Shown: positions 14,226 to 29,412, counted from the first letter of the stretch. The stretch is DNA of 64,000 bases from Octopus vulgaris (GCA_951406725.2 OX597828.1:67642001-67706000), one strand, 5' to 3'. The notes: a model not told the origin generated them from the sequence alone. Translations and numbers: made by a program.

Positions 14226-14287
14226 CATTCATACATATATATAAAAATATATAAAATCTTCTTGGGACATAACACAGAAAGCATGTT

Positions 14288-15261
14288 CTATCCGTTTTCT
14301 TTAGGGGACCAAAAACGTAACAGAAATTTAGTCACATGTGGGCATGATCCGAAAAGCTCTGTCCTTGTATTTAGACATGTGGTAGGGTCTAAGCTGCTTT
14401 TCCAGATAAGCCATCTTTCCATGTCGCATAAACCGCACCTTCCGCTGCCGTTAGTATAGGGCTTACATCTGGCCAAAATCTTCCATTGTATGTTATAATC
14501 GACACCTTTATCTCTTAAAGACCAAATATGATTGGATAATTGTGTCGCTTTTCTTTTGTTCCAGTGCCTAAAGCTCAAAGTGTGGTTATTGAACCTGGCC
14601 TTGAAATTACCCTCTGTCAGGCCCACGTATTTCTTCGTCGAAACGGTGTCTTTAGTGCTTATAGAGTTTACGGTAGCTTCATATATGATGGTCTTGGACA
14701 TGCAAGCTCCATTTAGCGGGCACAATTCTTTATTCCTGCATGAACAGCTGTTTTCTTCTTGTGTTTTTTGTATGTTATGATTGATTATGTTTTTAAAATT
14801 GGTAGTTGAACTAAAACTAATTTTTAAATTGTGTCTATTGAAGAGTTTCCTATAAGCATGGTTAACTGGAAAATGTCTATCTATCAGTGCTAGGAAATAT
14901 TTACCTATATTGAAGGCCACCTCGGGTGAGTAAGGGGGCGTAAACCAGATGACCTTCCTATTTCTATTATTCCTTTTCCTTATTGTTGGGCTGGTGATAG
15001 GTGTATATTTTATTTTTTCGCTAAAACCACTATCTTTTAAAGCTTTATTATAAACTGGGGCAACGCTATTGAAGATGTCCTCATTAGATGAGAGGCTAGA
15101 AATCCTCTTACTAATATTTTTAACTAAATTTTTGAATACTATAGGGAGATGGCATGATATAGATCTGACATGCCTCTTTACAACCGTCAGGTTAGTGTCT
15201 ATAGTTATACTAAGTCCGAAGTGTTTCATTAACTGGATAATATCCTTCCTAAAACGATCTT
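14288..15261 (-). pseudogene. Duplicate copy of the Penelope-like RT/GIY-YIG ORF with an in-frame internal replacement
   Basis: Identical to 32506-33548 except that 91 nt encoding the [11 protein letters not shown] segment are replaced by 22 nt at 15158-15179. Confidence 0.88.
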
Positions 15262-15273
15262 GTATATACATAT

Positions 15274-15327
<54 letters not shown>

Positions 15328-15365
15328 TCATACATATCTGTTTATATGTATATGTTTATATATAT

Positions 15366-15417
<52 letters not shown>

Positions 15418-16164
15418 TCATACATATCTGTTTATATGTACGTTGTATGTACCTATGTATGTATATGTGTATATGTGTGTATAAATATGTTTTGGTGTCC
15501 TGTACTCATATATGCGTATATATGTACATGTAGAGGTAGGTACGTACATATATGTTTATATATATAGATCTGACATGCCTCTTTATGGTTGATGTTAATA
15601 CATTTTATAGAAATACAGCGTAAAGTGTTCATTTCCAACCGAAAGTTTCTCGCGTTTACCTTATATTTAAAACACATTTTCGTCTTCTTGTTTTCTATTT
15701 GCCACAAAATGTCAGCTTCGACTAAATTTTCAAATCTTCCATTTTCACCTATTTTCTTAGATACTTATATTCATCTTTTTTTTCATTTTATTATTTCATT
15801 TTTTTTTATTTATATTCATTCATACAGAAATATCTACCTACATATAGACATCTCTCTCATTCTCTTTCTACCTCTCCCCCCTCTCTCTCTCTCTGTATTT
15901 CTTTCTGTGCGGTTATACGTGCTTTCCCATCTCTCTCGAAGCATTCTTGTAGTCTGTTTCTATTGAATTTAGTGAGTGAACTCTGATCATATATATCTGA
16001 TTACCACTACTTGAAGTGTTTCATTCCATTGTATTGACGCCAATAATTGTTTTCATCTGTAACAATAATTCGAATGGGCAATTTTACGTTTTGTATTTTT
16101 CCGAAAATGGACCAGAATTTTAATTGATTTGCTTTTCGCAGGAAGGAAAGTTTCTTGCCGAAGA

Positions 16165-16226
16165 TACGTCTCGCTTTCACCTTCGAAACGTAGAGTAGAT
16201 GAGACCATAGCGACTGAAGAAGGGGC
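16165..16226 (+). ncRNA. Permuted hammerhead candidate (copy within duplicated block)
   Basis: Same motif as 34447-34508, with one difference at the distal end of helix II (aggggc). Confidence 0.65.
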
Positions 16227-16429
16227 TTTTCTTTGTGTTAATTGTCCTGTACTCTATTTTTTTGTTGTTTAAAAAAATGTCCAGTTCCTTTGGTTTGTGT
16301 CTATGTTTTCGTTTCTCATTGTGTTCGACGTCCTTTTGGTGTCTGTACTCATATATGCGTGTATATGTACATGTAGAGGTAGGTACGTACATATATGTTT
16401 ATATATATGCATATGTTTTATTTTATTTA

Positions 16430-16483
<54 letters not shown>

Positions 16484-16549
16484 CATATATACATATATAT
16501 AGAGAGAGAGAGAGATAGAGAGAGAGAGATACATCCATAGACACAAAAA

Positions 16550-16600
<51 letters not shown>

Positions 16601-16605
16601 GAAGC

Positions 16606-16649
<44 letters not shown>

Positions 16650-17503
16650 CAGACAGAAAGGGAGGGAGAGGAGAGAAAGAGAAGAGAGAGTATAAATAGG
16701 AAAGAAGACAAAATAAACTCCTTTAATTACATTAATATCTTCTCTGTAACAGTTTGGAAAGGAAGGCATCGACATACGTGCTAGCATGCTTTTATATATA
16801 CATACATCCAATATATACATATATAGAGAGAGAGAGGGGACATACATACACATGTGTAACATTGGTATACGCTCATATAGATCTGACATGCCTCTTTATG
16901 GTTGATGTTAATACATTTTATAGAAATACAGCGTAAAGTGTTCATTTCCAACCGAAAGTTTCTCGCGTTTACCTTATATTTAAAACACATTTTCGCCTTC
17001 TTGTTTTCTATTTGCCACAAAATGTCAGCTTCGACTAAATTTTCAAATCTTCCATTTTCACCTATTTTCTTAGATACTTATATTCATCTTTTTTTTTTCA
17101 TTTTATTATTTCATTTTTTTATTTATATTCATTCATACAGAAATATCTACCTACATATAGACATCTCTCTCATTCTCTTTCTACCTCTGCCCCCCTCTCT
17201 CTCTCTGTATTTCTTTCTGTGCGGTTATACGTGCTTTCCCATCTCTCTCGAAGCATTCTTGTAGTCTGTTTCTATTGAATTTAGTGAGTGAACTCTGATC
17301 ATATATATCTGATTACCACTACTTGAAGTGTTTCATTCCATTGTATTGACGCCAATAATTGTTTTCATCTGTAACAATAATTCGAATGGGCAATTTTACG
17401 TTTTGTATTTTTCCGAAAATGGACGCATTTGTACTTTTTTCGAAGATGGGCTTTTGACGAAGTCTGCTATCTGCATATCTATATCTCCTACACATAAGTG
17501 AGT

Positions 17504-17566
<63 letters not shown>

Positions 17567-19058
17567 TGTGTGTGTGCGTTTGTGTGCGCGTACATAAACA
17601 CAGAGTTGGGAAACAGAAGAGAAACAATATTTTTTGATATTTCAAAAACTCCACTTCCTACAGCCGTTTCAATAATCAACACGTATCATTCCAAATATAC
17701 AACCAATATGCAAGTAGGTTGCTAAGAAAGCAGGCAAGGTCCCAATACATTAGAGAGTGGATAAGTTAGCAGGCAAATCGCTAATGTTAATGAGTTGCTA
17801 AGAAAGAGGGCTGCTAAGAAACTCAGAGTATAAAGTTGAAACAAGTACCGTAAGGCTTCGGGCCCAACGCTTAAGCATTCAGTTGGTACCATCTTTTTAA
17901 AATCCTAAATAAATGATAGATGAGAGGCGGAACAATTGCCGCTAGGCATTCTCTACGACGCTCGGAGGTTTTTGCCATTTCAATGCTATAATTTAAATTT
18001 GTCAATCAACTTTGTTGCTTCTCTTTGACATTTTGCCAACGTGAAATCCTCTTTAGGGTCACTCGATCTACTAGAAATGGCAGTCGAATTTCATTCGAAT
18101 CAAGCACTATTCTCTTCAAAGAAGACACGTTTTGTAGTGTCAGGCACGGTTGAAATGTTTTAATTATAGGTCAGTCTAATCTCAGCTGATCGGGAGTTAA
18201 ACAACAAAAACACCTGATATGTAAGATACAGCCCCTGTCACCCTCTCAGAACAGTAAGAACAATAACACATTCGTCGCTGTTTCAACGAACAGTTGAAAT
18301 TTCATATCACTCAAGAAAACCATACTTCATACTATTGTTTCCGTCTTTACTGCTCTCTTTTCTCTCTCTCTCTGTCTCTTTCTCCTCCACACACACACAT
18401 ACACTCACATGCGCACACACACACACATACACATACATACATACATACATACAGACAGACAGACAGACAGACAGACACACGTATACACACACACACACAC
18501 ATACATATATTTCTCTCTTTCCAATATTCACCGTATCTCACGAGATTAATTTTCCTGCTACTCTCTCCTCTTACTACTCTCTCTTCTTACAGCACTTCCC
18601 CGCCTACCACTGTCCCCTCCTCTCCCTCTATCTACCTACCTACCCACCTACCTACCTATTACACTGGTCTTACAACAGCCTTTGCTTTTCTGAACTGACT
18701 AGTAGGATAGCATCTCCATTAGATCTACCTTCTTTTCACCAACCTTACTACGTCTTAAGGCAACCCACATTAACCCTTTGGTCAATCCCGCCTCTATCAA
18801 CACTCAGACTAACGTAAACGCTTCTCTTTCGCCCTGGTCTCTATGTACCTTTGTCTACTTTGCACTTTTACTTGTCTGTCTGTGTGTCCTGGAGAAATAA
18901 AAAAAGAAAACAGAAGCGCCGGACGAAGTGCACTAAATTTATTTAACAGTGTGGAAGCAAAGAAAGACGAGTTGACGTTTCGGGTGCTGTGCTATCATCA
19001 ACAGTAAGGGGAGAAAGATGAGGAGCAAAGATAAATTAGAAAAGGGAAAGTTTTTTTT

Positions 19059-19341
19059 CTTTGTTCCTTCTCGAGCCATGCCTGGCTCATAAGGGCCAGT
19101 TTTCCGGTTTCCTTAGCGTATAGGTTCCCCACTTGGACGGGACGCCAGTCCGTCGCGGGTGAGCTGCAAGATGCAGGAGGAAAGAGTGAGAGAAAGTTGT
19201 GGCGAAAGAGTCAGCAGAAGTTCGCCGTTACCTTCTGCCGGAGCCGCGTGGAGCTTAGCTGTTTCACTCATAAACACACACATCGCCCGGTCTGAGATTC
19301 GAACCTGCAATCCCTTGACCGCTGCTCTAACCACTAGGCCA
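19059..19341 (-). mobile_element. tRNA-derived SINE with V-domain-like segment (duplicate at 37339-37621)
   Basis: Minus strand head tggcctagtggttagagc..ggttcgaatctc; segment cgacggactggcgtcccgtccaag resembles the V-SINE domain. Confidence 0.7.
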
Positions 19342-19976
19342 TATAGTAGACTTATTTGTAAAATTAATGGAGTATCAGGCGATCAGGAATTAGTTTAAAG
19401 AAGAAATTGTTTTTTTATCGGGGAAGAATCAAGATTAGGGAATCAAAGTGTCGTAACAATGTTTAGATGAAGCGGAAATGAAGTGGATGAGGCGAAATGA
19501 AGTGGATAAGAGGTATATTGGAGTATGTGTGGACGTCTATATAGGTATTTGCAGACTAAATGAGTGAGCACATTAAATGAAAGGAACGGTAGGGTGTGTG
19601 TGTGTGTGTGTGTGCTTGTGTGTGTGTTTGTGAGTGCGTGTGTGTGTAAGTGGATGGGTTGTGTGTGTGTGTGTGGCCTGAGTGAAGTTAATGTTTATAT
19701 AGAGGTAAGTTAATGGCATTCTTCTTGGCAGCGACTTATGACTCATGTTTCGTGACTTTGTTCCTTCTTTTTTATGACCACTTCTCAGCTTTGGGTCGCT
19801 TGCTGACTACGCTGTAAATGACAAGTAAACACCCGCCTTAAAGGCTTCTAACCCTATTTAGAGCCGGTGCTCCTGTACACATAAATACACAAGAGTGTAA
19901 AATGACTGAAAAAGGGCATCCGACTGGTAGGCAAAAACTCATCAACATTCTACTCCTTCCGACTCCCAGACTCGTT

Positions 19977-20020
<44 letters not shown>

Positions 20021-20021
<1 letters not shown>

Positions 20022-20251
20022 ATTTCTTTACTACCCACAAGGGGCTAAACACAGAGAGGACAAACAAGGACAGACATAGGTATTAAGTCGATTACATCGA
20101 CCCCAGTACGTAACTGGTACTTAATTTATCGACCCCGAAAGGATGAAAGGCAAAGTCGACCTCGGCGGAATTTCAACTCAGAACGTAGCGGCAGACGAAA
20201 TACCGCTAAGCATTTCGCCCGGGGTGCGAACGATTCTGCCAGCTCACCGCC
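20021..20251 (-). mobile_element. SINE family A monomer (duplicate at 38293-38524)
   Basis: Full head-core-tail on the minus strand. Confidence 0.88.
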
Positions 20252-20737
20252 TTCTTCTCTCTACCTATCTACCTACCTACCCACCTACCTACCTATTACA
20301 CTGGTCTTACAACAGCCTTTGCTTTTCTGAACTGACTAGTAGGATAGCATCTCCATTAGATCTACCTTCTTTTCACCAACCTTACTACGTCTTAAGGCAA
20401 CCCACATTAACCCTTTGGTCAATCCCGCCTCTATCAACACTCGGGAAATTCCAAAACACTTGTATGGAATCCACCAGTCTCAAAGACCCTGCAAAGCTTG
20501 GAGATATTGTCCCCTCCTCTTCTTGACTAGATTATATTCAATGACAGAGGAAGGGTTAATAAGGGAGTTTTTCTGCAGAAGAAAAGCCATTGTTGCAAAC
20601 GTACTTGATGCGGTGAGGAATTGAATCCTTTAGCTTAATGATCAATTACTATCAAAAAGGGAGACAACCGATCAAAAATTAAATCTAGACACACACAGGC
20701 CAACTCTGGTCATTGTCGTTATTGTGACAAGTCCAAA

Positions 20738-21167
20738 GCGGCGAGCTGGCAGAAACGTTAGCACGTCGGGCGAAATGCGTAGCCGTATTTCGTCTGTCGC
20801 TACGTTCTGAGTTCAAATTCCGCCGAGGTCGACTTTGCCTTTCATCCTTTCGGGGTCGATAAATTAAGTACCAGTTACGCATTGGGGTCGATGTAATCGA
20901 CTTAATACCTATGTCTGTCCTTGTTTGTCCCCTCTGTGTTTAGCCTTGTGGGTAGTAAAGAAATAAGAAACGTTAGCACACCGTGCGAAATGCTTAGCGG
21001 TATTTCGCTCGTCGCTGCGTTCTGAGTTCAACTTCAGCCGAGGTCAACTTTGCCTTTCATCCTTTCAGAGTCGATAAATTAAGTACCAGTTGCGCACTGG
21101 GGTCGACCTAATCGACTGGCTCCCTGCCCCAAAATTTCAGGTCCTGTGCCTATAGTAGAAAGGATTA
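20738..21167 (+). mobile_element. SINE family A dimer, young unit followed by old-tail unit (duplicate at 39012-39443)
   Basis: Tail aaagaaata joined to agaaacgttagcac of a second unit that ends in the old tail. Confidence 0.85.
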
Positions 21168-21324
21168 TCGTGACGACTCCGAGCGTGGTTCAATCGTGTT
21201 TTATCAAGATCTCCTCACTGAAGTATAGCCTTTACTTGCCGGACATTAAAATGACTGATGGATATGTAGAAAGAGTTTGCGTTCATTTGTAAAAAAAATT
21301 AACTGCATTTTCCAGTATACCCTT

Positions 21325-21528
21325 TTTCTTTTACTCTTTTACTTGTTTCAGTCATTTGACTGCGGCCATGCTGGAGACACCGCCTTTAGTCGAGCAAATC
21401 GACCCCAGGACTTATTCTTTGTAAGCCTAGTACTTATTCTATCGGTCTCTTTTGCCGAACCGCTAAGTTACGGGGACGTAAACACACCAGCATCGGTCAT
21501 CAAGCGATGTTGCGGGGGACAAACATAT

Positions 21529-21585
<57 letters not shown>

Positions 21586-21765
21586 TACATATATACATAT
21601 ATACGACGGGCTTCCTTCAGTTTCCGTCTACCAAATCCACTCACAAGGCTTTGGTCGGTTGAGGCTATAGTAGAAGACACTTGCCCAAAGTGCCACGCAG
21701 TGGGAATGAACTCGGAACCATGTGGTTGGGAAGCAAGCTACTTACCACACAGCCACTCCTGCGCC
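21325..21765 (-). mobile_element. tRNA-derived SINE family B (CORE-like) with internal microsatellite (duplicate at 39602-40041)
   Basis: Head ggcgcaggagtggctgtgtggtaag..; gtggcactttgggcaagtgtc; internal (TA)n; tail cagtcaaatgactgaaacaagtaaaagag. Confidence 0.85.
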
Positions 21766-22718
21766 TAATACTATATTAACAATATCTTGACTATTTTTTT
21801 CCGTACAGAAGTTGACCTGGAATAAATGCCCCTAGTTATTATTTTTTCAATTTTTCATATCTATTAGTGTTTACTCCCTCCAACTCCTTTTGTATATAAC
21901 TCAGTCATTTCTAGATCTTTCAAATGAACACAGTACTTCACTTATACAACTGAAACATGAAGTTATCCTCGTACTTACCAAAGATCGAACTCATTTCCAT
22001 TGCATGTCTAGAATTTTGGCAAAATTTTAGTTAATTTCCTTGTCTTTCTTCACCAGATTTAATAATTAAACTAAAGAGTGACTTCCTCCACAAAATGGCT
22101 CCTTAATTATTTAAAATCTTTTGTCTCATTATTGCATTAAATGGGTCAGCACCAGATACAATTTCTTCTCTCTCTTCTATCACCTTACCTTTCTCTACAC
22201 CTCCCATCACTCTCCATTTCCTTTCTCTCTCTTTCTCTCTCACTCTCTCTTTCTCTCCATTCTTTCCCCTCTTTCTCTGTTCTCTCTGTTCTCTTCTCAC
22301 TTTCTATTCTCCCCTTAATCTTTATTTTATCTATTCTCTCCCTATCCTTCTCTCTTACTCTCTCTTGCTCTCTCTCTCTCTCTCTCTCTCTTTCCCTCTA
22401 TCTCTCTTTTTATCTCTTACTCTTTCTCTTTTTCCCACTCACTCTCTCTTTTACCTTTATTCTCTTAATTTCTCTTTTCCTCAAATTAAAAATAAACACC
22501 GTTTAATGTCTAGAGATAATCATGCAACGAAAGTGGTGTGCATGTAGGTGTATTGTTTTATTTGTTTGTTTTTTAGGTGGGGGGGTCACATATAAGTTAA
22601 ACGCGGAGAAGCAGTGTCCATCCCCTCCGCAGATCCTTTGAGACTGGTAGGAATTTATGCGGCTGATAGCCCAGCCTGGGTATCTCTTAGTTAGAAACGT
22701 AGGTGATGAGCAAATTGG

Positions 22719-22818
22719 NNNNNNNNNNNNNNNNNNNNNNNNNNNNNNNNNNNNNNNNNNNNNNNNNNNNNNNNNNNNNNNNNNNNNNNNNNNNNNNNNN
22801 NNNNNNNNNNNNNNNNNN
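22719..22818. other. Assembly gap (100 N)
   Basis: Exactly 100 n characters. Confidence 1.
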
Positions 22819-23690
22819 GATTGTTTATAAACAATATTGTTATGTTGTATAAAAATAAAATTTAAGATTTTCAAAAATGATATCATAACCAAAATATACA
22901 AATGTGTGTATATATCAATTATAAACATTAAAAAGGAAAGATTACATAGAATCAGTTTAATATTCACTCATGTACTTAATTACTTATTAGGTAGTTTCTA
23001 TAAAGACTGCTCATGGAATAGCTGGAAAGATATACATGCTATCTATTAATTTTAAACCATGAATCAGAAAAAAGTAAAGATGCATACAGGTACACACGCA
23101 TTTATATATATGCATATATGCATATACACAAATATTTATACGTCTACATGGATATAGTATAACCATCTCGTATGGACTTAAGTAACTGAAAAATATCTAT
23201 TTAAGAGTAAGAAAAGTAACAATTTATAAGGGATAAAAGGTTAATAGGTAAGGATATCAAAATAAGAAAACAAAATAAGAAATTTATAGAAAATAACAAG
23301 AAATACATATAACCTACATTTAAAGAGACAGGGGTTTAAAGTTTGAGGCAGGGAAGAGATAAAGGTAACCCGAAACGAGGGGGTAATAGGTATGGAAGTA
23401 GTGAGGGCAATTAAAGGTATTCAGACCGAAGAGATTTTATAACTTATAATGTTACAGGTGCTATTGTGTGTATAGTTTTATAGCTTCTAGAGGGTTTATG
23501 ATTTGGTCGAAAAGAGACTTACTTACATAAAGTCTCTACAAATATACATAATGTGATCAGTAGGGTAGAACATCATAGAAAGGAAAAAATAGTGTAATCA
23601 CCAAATAGGATGAAGACAGACTAACTAGGCAGGGGTTATCATGGGATAGTATTATATATAACATAACACATACCATAACATGTAGCTTAT

Positions 23691-23745
<55 letters not shown>

Positions 23746-25033
23746 CTATGTTATATTCTGTTAGGAACGTATTTGAGTACAGTATAAACCTCGTTCACCT
23801 TCAGAATTACTCAGTACTATCGGTAGTATTATTATATACTTCCAAGTTTAACTTAGGGCATTCGTCGTGTGTGAATGTAAAATTGAAGAGACTGGTGTCA
23901 AGAAGAAGAAGTACGGTTGGACATTTATTTATTATTCGCTACAATTGTTTCGAGGCAACGTAGTTCTCCAAGAATATAGGTATTTGATTATGCAACTGTT
24001 TATTTGCATAATGAGATTTAGGTGTGTTTCCTCAGGTGATATACAAGTGTTGTCTCCATTAGTTTAAAATTATCGATTTTAACGCCATGTTCGTCATAGT
24101 TTGAATTTGGTAGCGGCTGATAGACCCACGGTATTTATGTGTATATATATATATATAGTAACACCCCCACCACCCTGCCCTGTCCCTAGCCATATTCAGA
24201 TGGCTTTAGTCCCTTATGTTATATATATATATATATACATATATCAGAGGCCTGCAATATGCCGATGATACCATCTTATAATCAACGATAGGGAGCACAA
24301 GAATTTGTTGTCTCGCCTAAAACACGCCAGGTAAGGTCTACACCTAAAACACCGACGAGATTAAGATAGTGGTCAGGTGTGGGTCGATAAATGCCGAATG
24401 GTTCATTAGACGATCACTTGTGCATATCTAGATATCTACATCTATTGGGACTATCACGGCAGCAAGGAGACCCGCCGAGTCTGAGTATGTGCCGCTCAGA
24501 GTATAGTTAGTTTGCTCTTGAGTAAAAAGGAGACAGATAACACAAAGATTGTTCCTAAAATCACTGGATCTTCTCAGTGATTCTGTACAGCTGCGCGTCA
24601 GTAAGTTACAATGACTCAAGAGTCAGTGCAACTAAAACCTTAATAACAGTGCACTTTCAGTAACTTCGAGGTGTGAGGTCACCGTTCAAGTATGTGAGTA
24701 CTTTGGACTACCCACACCTTTGACAAATAGATTCGAGACAAAGTAGGCAATCCTCTCAGCCTAGCCATTTATATTGTCAGCCATTTAGTAGTCTCTAACA
24801 ACACCATGCTTGGAATTATCCAGGGCAAATGTCGACAGAGAGTATAAGTCACCAGTTAGACTGATGACGTAAAAGAGAGGATAGGCATCAGACAAAACAT
24901 CAGCTGAGCGATTCCTAGAGCGGATCAGCGCTATGAGGATTAGTGAAGCAAGTCATAAGGGGATCGTTCTTTGAACTGATGCTGCAAGGAGGATGTGCAT
25001 GTGTTATATATACACATACATATATATACATAT

Positions 25034-25087
<54 letters not shown>

Positions 25088-25092
25088 GTCTG

Positions 25093-25190
<98 letters not shown>

Positions 25191-25373
25191 GTATATATAT
25201 ATATAATATATATCCAGTAATTTGGAATTATCCAGTAATTTTTTACTAGTTTTATTTTGTCTTTTTGTCTTCTCTCCTTGTGTTGTATGGGCATTTAATG
25301 TGGTTTTAGAGTCAGATCTTGGCTGCTATTTTCAGCATGGTAGTTTTTCTTAGATAACCTAAATTATAATTTT

Positions 25374-25447
<74 letters not shown>

Positions 25448-25722
25448 CATATATATTGCTTATACACCTGTCTTCGTTTTTTGTTTTTCTATAAATTTCA
25501 ACAATATATATATATATATATAAGTTTGATTAAGTTTTGCCTTTTGGTTGAGGTTTTTTTGTGTAAAGATACTTAATTCCATCGATGTGGATCTTTTGAT
25601 GTGCAATGGCAACGGAAGATACAATTTCGCAAGTGACTGAAGGACACACGCACACAAACACGCCTATGTATATATGCATATATGTATATATGTATATATG
25701 CATATATGTATATATGTATATA

Positions 25723-25782
<60 letters not shown>

Positions 25783-28700
25783 CATTATTATTATTATTTT
25801 ATATATATATATATAATATATATATATATCCCAAAAGGCAAAGCTTAATCATTTGATAAACAGAAATCGATAAAATACGTATAGGAGATGAAATAATTAC
25901 TGGGGTCAACATGATTGATTAAAACCAATGAAGCCGGTGCCCAGCATGACTGCAGTCCAATGGCTTAAACCAGTGAAAGAATAAAAGTACAGACTGAAAC
26001 GTATCATATTTTCTATGTATCCAATCAGTTGCGATATATTTTTCTCCGGTTTCAAAGAGGTTATCAAGCATCTCTGATCTATATGGACAATTGGTGAACG
26101 GTTGGTTCTGTGTTGGAGACAATATGGAAAACGACTTTTAGATAATCAATCTATTTGTGGAATGGTGTTTGATAAATCTTTTCTGGCTCACTGAACAATA
26201 ATAGCGAACAATGGAACAACAACAGTGATTTCAACCTATATCATCTATTTATTGATTCATTCGCATTCATTCATTCATCCATTAATTCACGCATCAGTGT
26301 CAATATATTACTGTGTGTGCGACAGAGACGGGAGAGAAAGAGAGAGTAAGGGAAAGAGAGAGAGTTGAAGTGGGAGAATAATGATCAATTTATCCAGCGC
26401 AATGATACGATATTGATATTTAGTTGAACTTCATTGGTTTGAGGTATCCACTAGGATCAACCATGGAGATTTCAGGAAAAGTTTTGTGATTGGTTTGGCA
26501 GCAGAAGTGTTGTAACTTGCATGCGTTTTCCAAAATCTGTAGCGACATAAATGAAATGCAAGGAATGCAAATAAAGACAAGGAATGCAAACCGGGACCCA
26601 AATATGTTTGAAATGTAGAATCAAGAAAAGCTCCCAATACAAAACAAGTGTATAATATTTCTACATTATAAACTGAGATTATTCGTTGAACATAACAAGC
26701 TCGGCAACACTGACATATAATAACAAATCTGCTGATGATATTCTGTGGGTGATTTTATATCTGCGGTAAAGATTTAGTTCGTTGACAGACAGAAAGAGTA
26801 TAACAGTTAAGATGTCCGTAAGTTGTTGTAGGAAACATTATCTGTCTTTACGAAACTAAGCAAAGGTAATTTTGAGGTGGAGGAAGGGAAGCCGTATATG
26901 ACTTAATGATAACATCTCACTGTCGATGCTTGTGTAATTTACATGACTGCAAATAAACAAACAGCAATTGAAGTGTTGATATAAATACACATAAAGGAAA
27001 TACTTGCAAGAACATGGAAACAGAACAGGATGTTAATTCAAAGACTAATAAGTAATATTCTTATACCGGACAAGGCCAGGAATTGGGGATATATCGGCCT
27101 GTGTGATTGGTATTTCATTTTATTGATCCGGGGAGATGAAAGACAAAGTTGACTTCAACAATATTTGAACTCAGATGGCAAAGAACCGTAACAACAACCG
27201 CAAGCATATTCTCCTATGCTCTACTGATTCTGTCAATCAAACGCGATGCTCACCATCATAATACCGATTTCTGATTTAAGTACAAGGCCAGCACTTTTGA
27301 AGGGGGAATTTTATCGACTCCAGTACATGATTGGTACTTTATCTTATTGATCGCAGAGAGATGAAAGCAAAGTTGATTTGAGTGGGATTTGAACTCAGAA
27401 GGTAAAGAGGTGGAACAAGTAACACAGGACATATTACTGGACAATCTACCGAGTTTGTCGATCTATCGCCATGTTAATAATAATAATGATGGTTTCCTCT
27501 GTGGGCTGCCATGACACAAGACGCGTACAAAAACATGAAAGCTGGGGGAGGGAGGTGGCATCAAATAAAATCTTCGGTAACAAAAGCCAAGAATAAAGGG
27601 TAAAAACGGTATGAAATTTTGGCACAGGGTCAACAATTTCAGAGAAGGGGTTAGGTCGACCCCAGTGCTCAGCTGGTACTTATTTTATTGATTCTGGAAG
27701 GATGAAAAGTGAAGTCGACCTCGGCGGAACTTGAAAGAATAAAGAGTAATAATAATAATTTCTTATTTAGTTTTTGGATTTGGTGTGCAAGGTTCTTTAT
27801 GTGAGTTCGTGTGTTGAAGCATATTCTGTTGTGTCTGGGAAGAGTCATTCTCTTTTTGTGCCTTATTATTTAACACATTCAAAGGTAAAATTTCCACTTT
27901 TTTCTTATTTTTATTGTCCTAAAATTTTCGTTGCGTCTTCCAAACTTTTCAATAGTTTTGAGAGTCAAAACTATTGAAAAGGTTGCAAGACGCAACGGTG
28001 AGTGTGTTAAATAATAAGGCACAAAAAGAAAATGACTCTCCCCAGACACAACAGAATAATTTCTTAGATAAAGCAAAATAACAAGAAAGAATCTCAAAAT
28101 GGAGGACTACATAGAGCGGCGCCTCCTCAACAATTATGGAGGTCACAGAGTTCCTAAATCCGCATACAGCCATAATCATGATCTCACAGTGTGCCCACTC
28201 TTCATCATCCACTGCATCTCCAGACTTTGTTGGTGTGAATGTTGGTAGCAGAGGGATCTTCTCACCAGCAAAACCTGCCTCTTCTAAAAGAAGCAAAAGA
28301 CCAGACCCCCGTCAGCTTTTCACATGTTTTGTGGGATACGTTACGACGGTCAGCCAGTCATACACCAATGCAGCGAAGCGATTTTAGCCATCACCATCCG
28401 AGTTTTCTGGAACGCCATTAAATCATAAATAAACAAGCTCAAGTATGAAAAACAGATATATGTGTGTTTTAATGATATTATCTACATTTTATATACAAAA
28501 AACAGGAATTCAAGGATTGTTCAATATCTTTCAGTAAATTATGACACTTATTTTCACAAGAAAAAAACTGACAGCTATTTCTAAGTTTTAGCTTAGTCAG
28601 CATCGTCTGGTGAAGGTGATTAAGTACCTTAACAGCTACATTTCTTTTCTTTTTTGTGACGGCAGGTGGAGATCAGCTCAGACTTGTTTAATTCGTGACA

Positions 28701-29364
28701 GCTTAGTGTTAAAATATTAAACGTTTCTGATAAACAAAGCATACATCAATGTATACATCATCATCATCATCGTCGTCGTCGTCGTCGTCATCATCATCAT
28801 CTTCACCATTATCTGGTTTCTTTCAGCGATAGACCAGTTAACTCTGAAATTGTGTCTCTGTTCTCTGTCTCAAGTAACAATCAGTATGAAACAGTTACGT
28901 TTGTTAAAAATTCTTGAAGGAATATTTTTGTTCCGAGTTTTCTTTTTGTTAAAAGTGCTTTCAATAATCCAATAAAGCGTTTCTTCCACAGCCTCTGTGA
29001 AAGTCATCATTCCACGGCACACAGTTGGCTTTGTGACACCCTGAGGACAGGACGTCGTATTAGTGCAGTTTTATTGAAGTGATGGGTTTGGAATCTATCA
29101 ATATATGGATTTTCTGTCGTTGATCATGATTATGGCTGTATGCGGATTCATGGTTCAACTATAGCTAACTTTGACATTATTTTTATTGAATAGTTGGTGA
29201 TGACGATGGCTGACGCAGGGCGGTGTTTACTTGTAAGACAAGGGAAGCTGGCAGACATATTGAAGTTACACAGTTAAACAGAAGGGGAGAAGTTGAGCAT
29301 CTTATACATACACAGGCACATATCTCACATGCACATAAACATATAAACATATGTGTCCGTGTAT

Positions 29365-29412
<48 letters not shown>

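Noticed and set aside
18971-19003. Minus-strand minimal hammerhead ttgatga..cgaaacgtc (also near 37250-37282)
   Set aside because: Stem II does not pair and the core C3 is lost; at most a dead PLE remnant
19285-19341. tRNA gene (also heads at ~44200, 52450, 60175)
   Set aside because: A/B boxes only, no full cloverleaf; continues into SINE bodies
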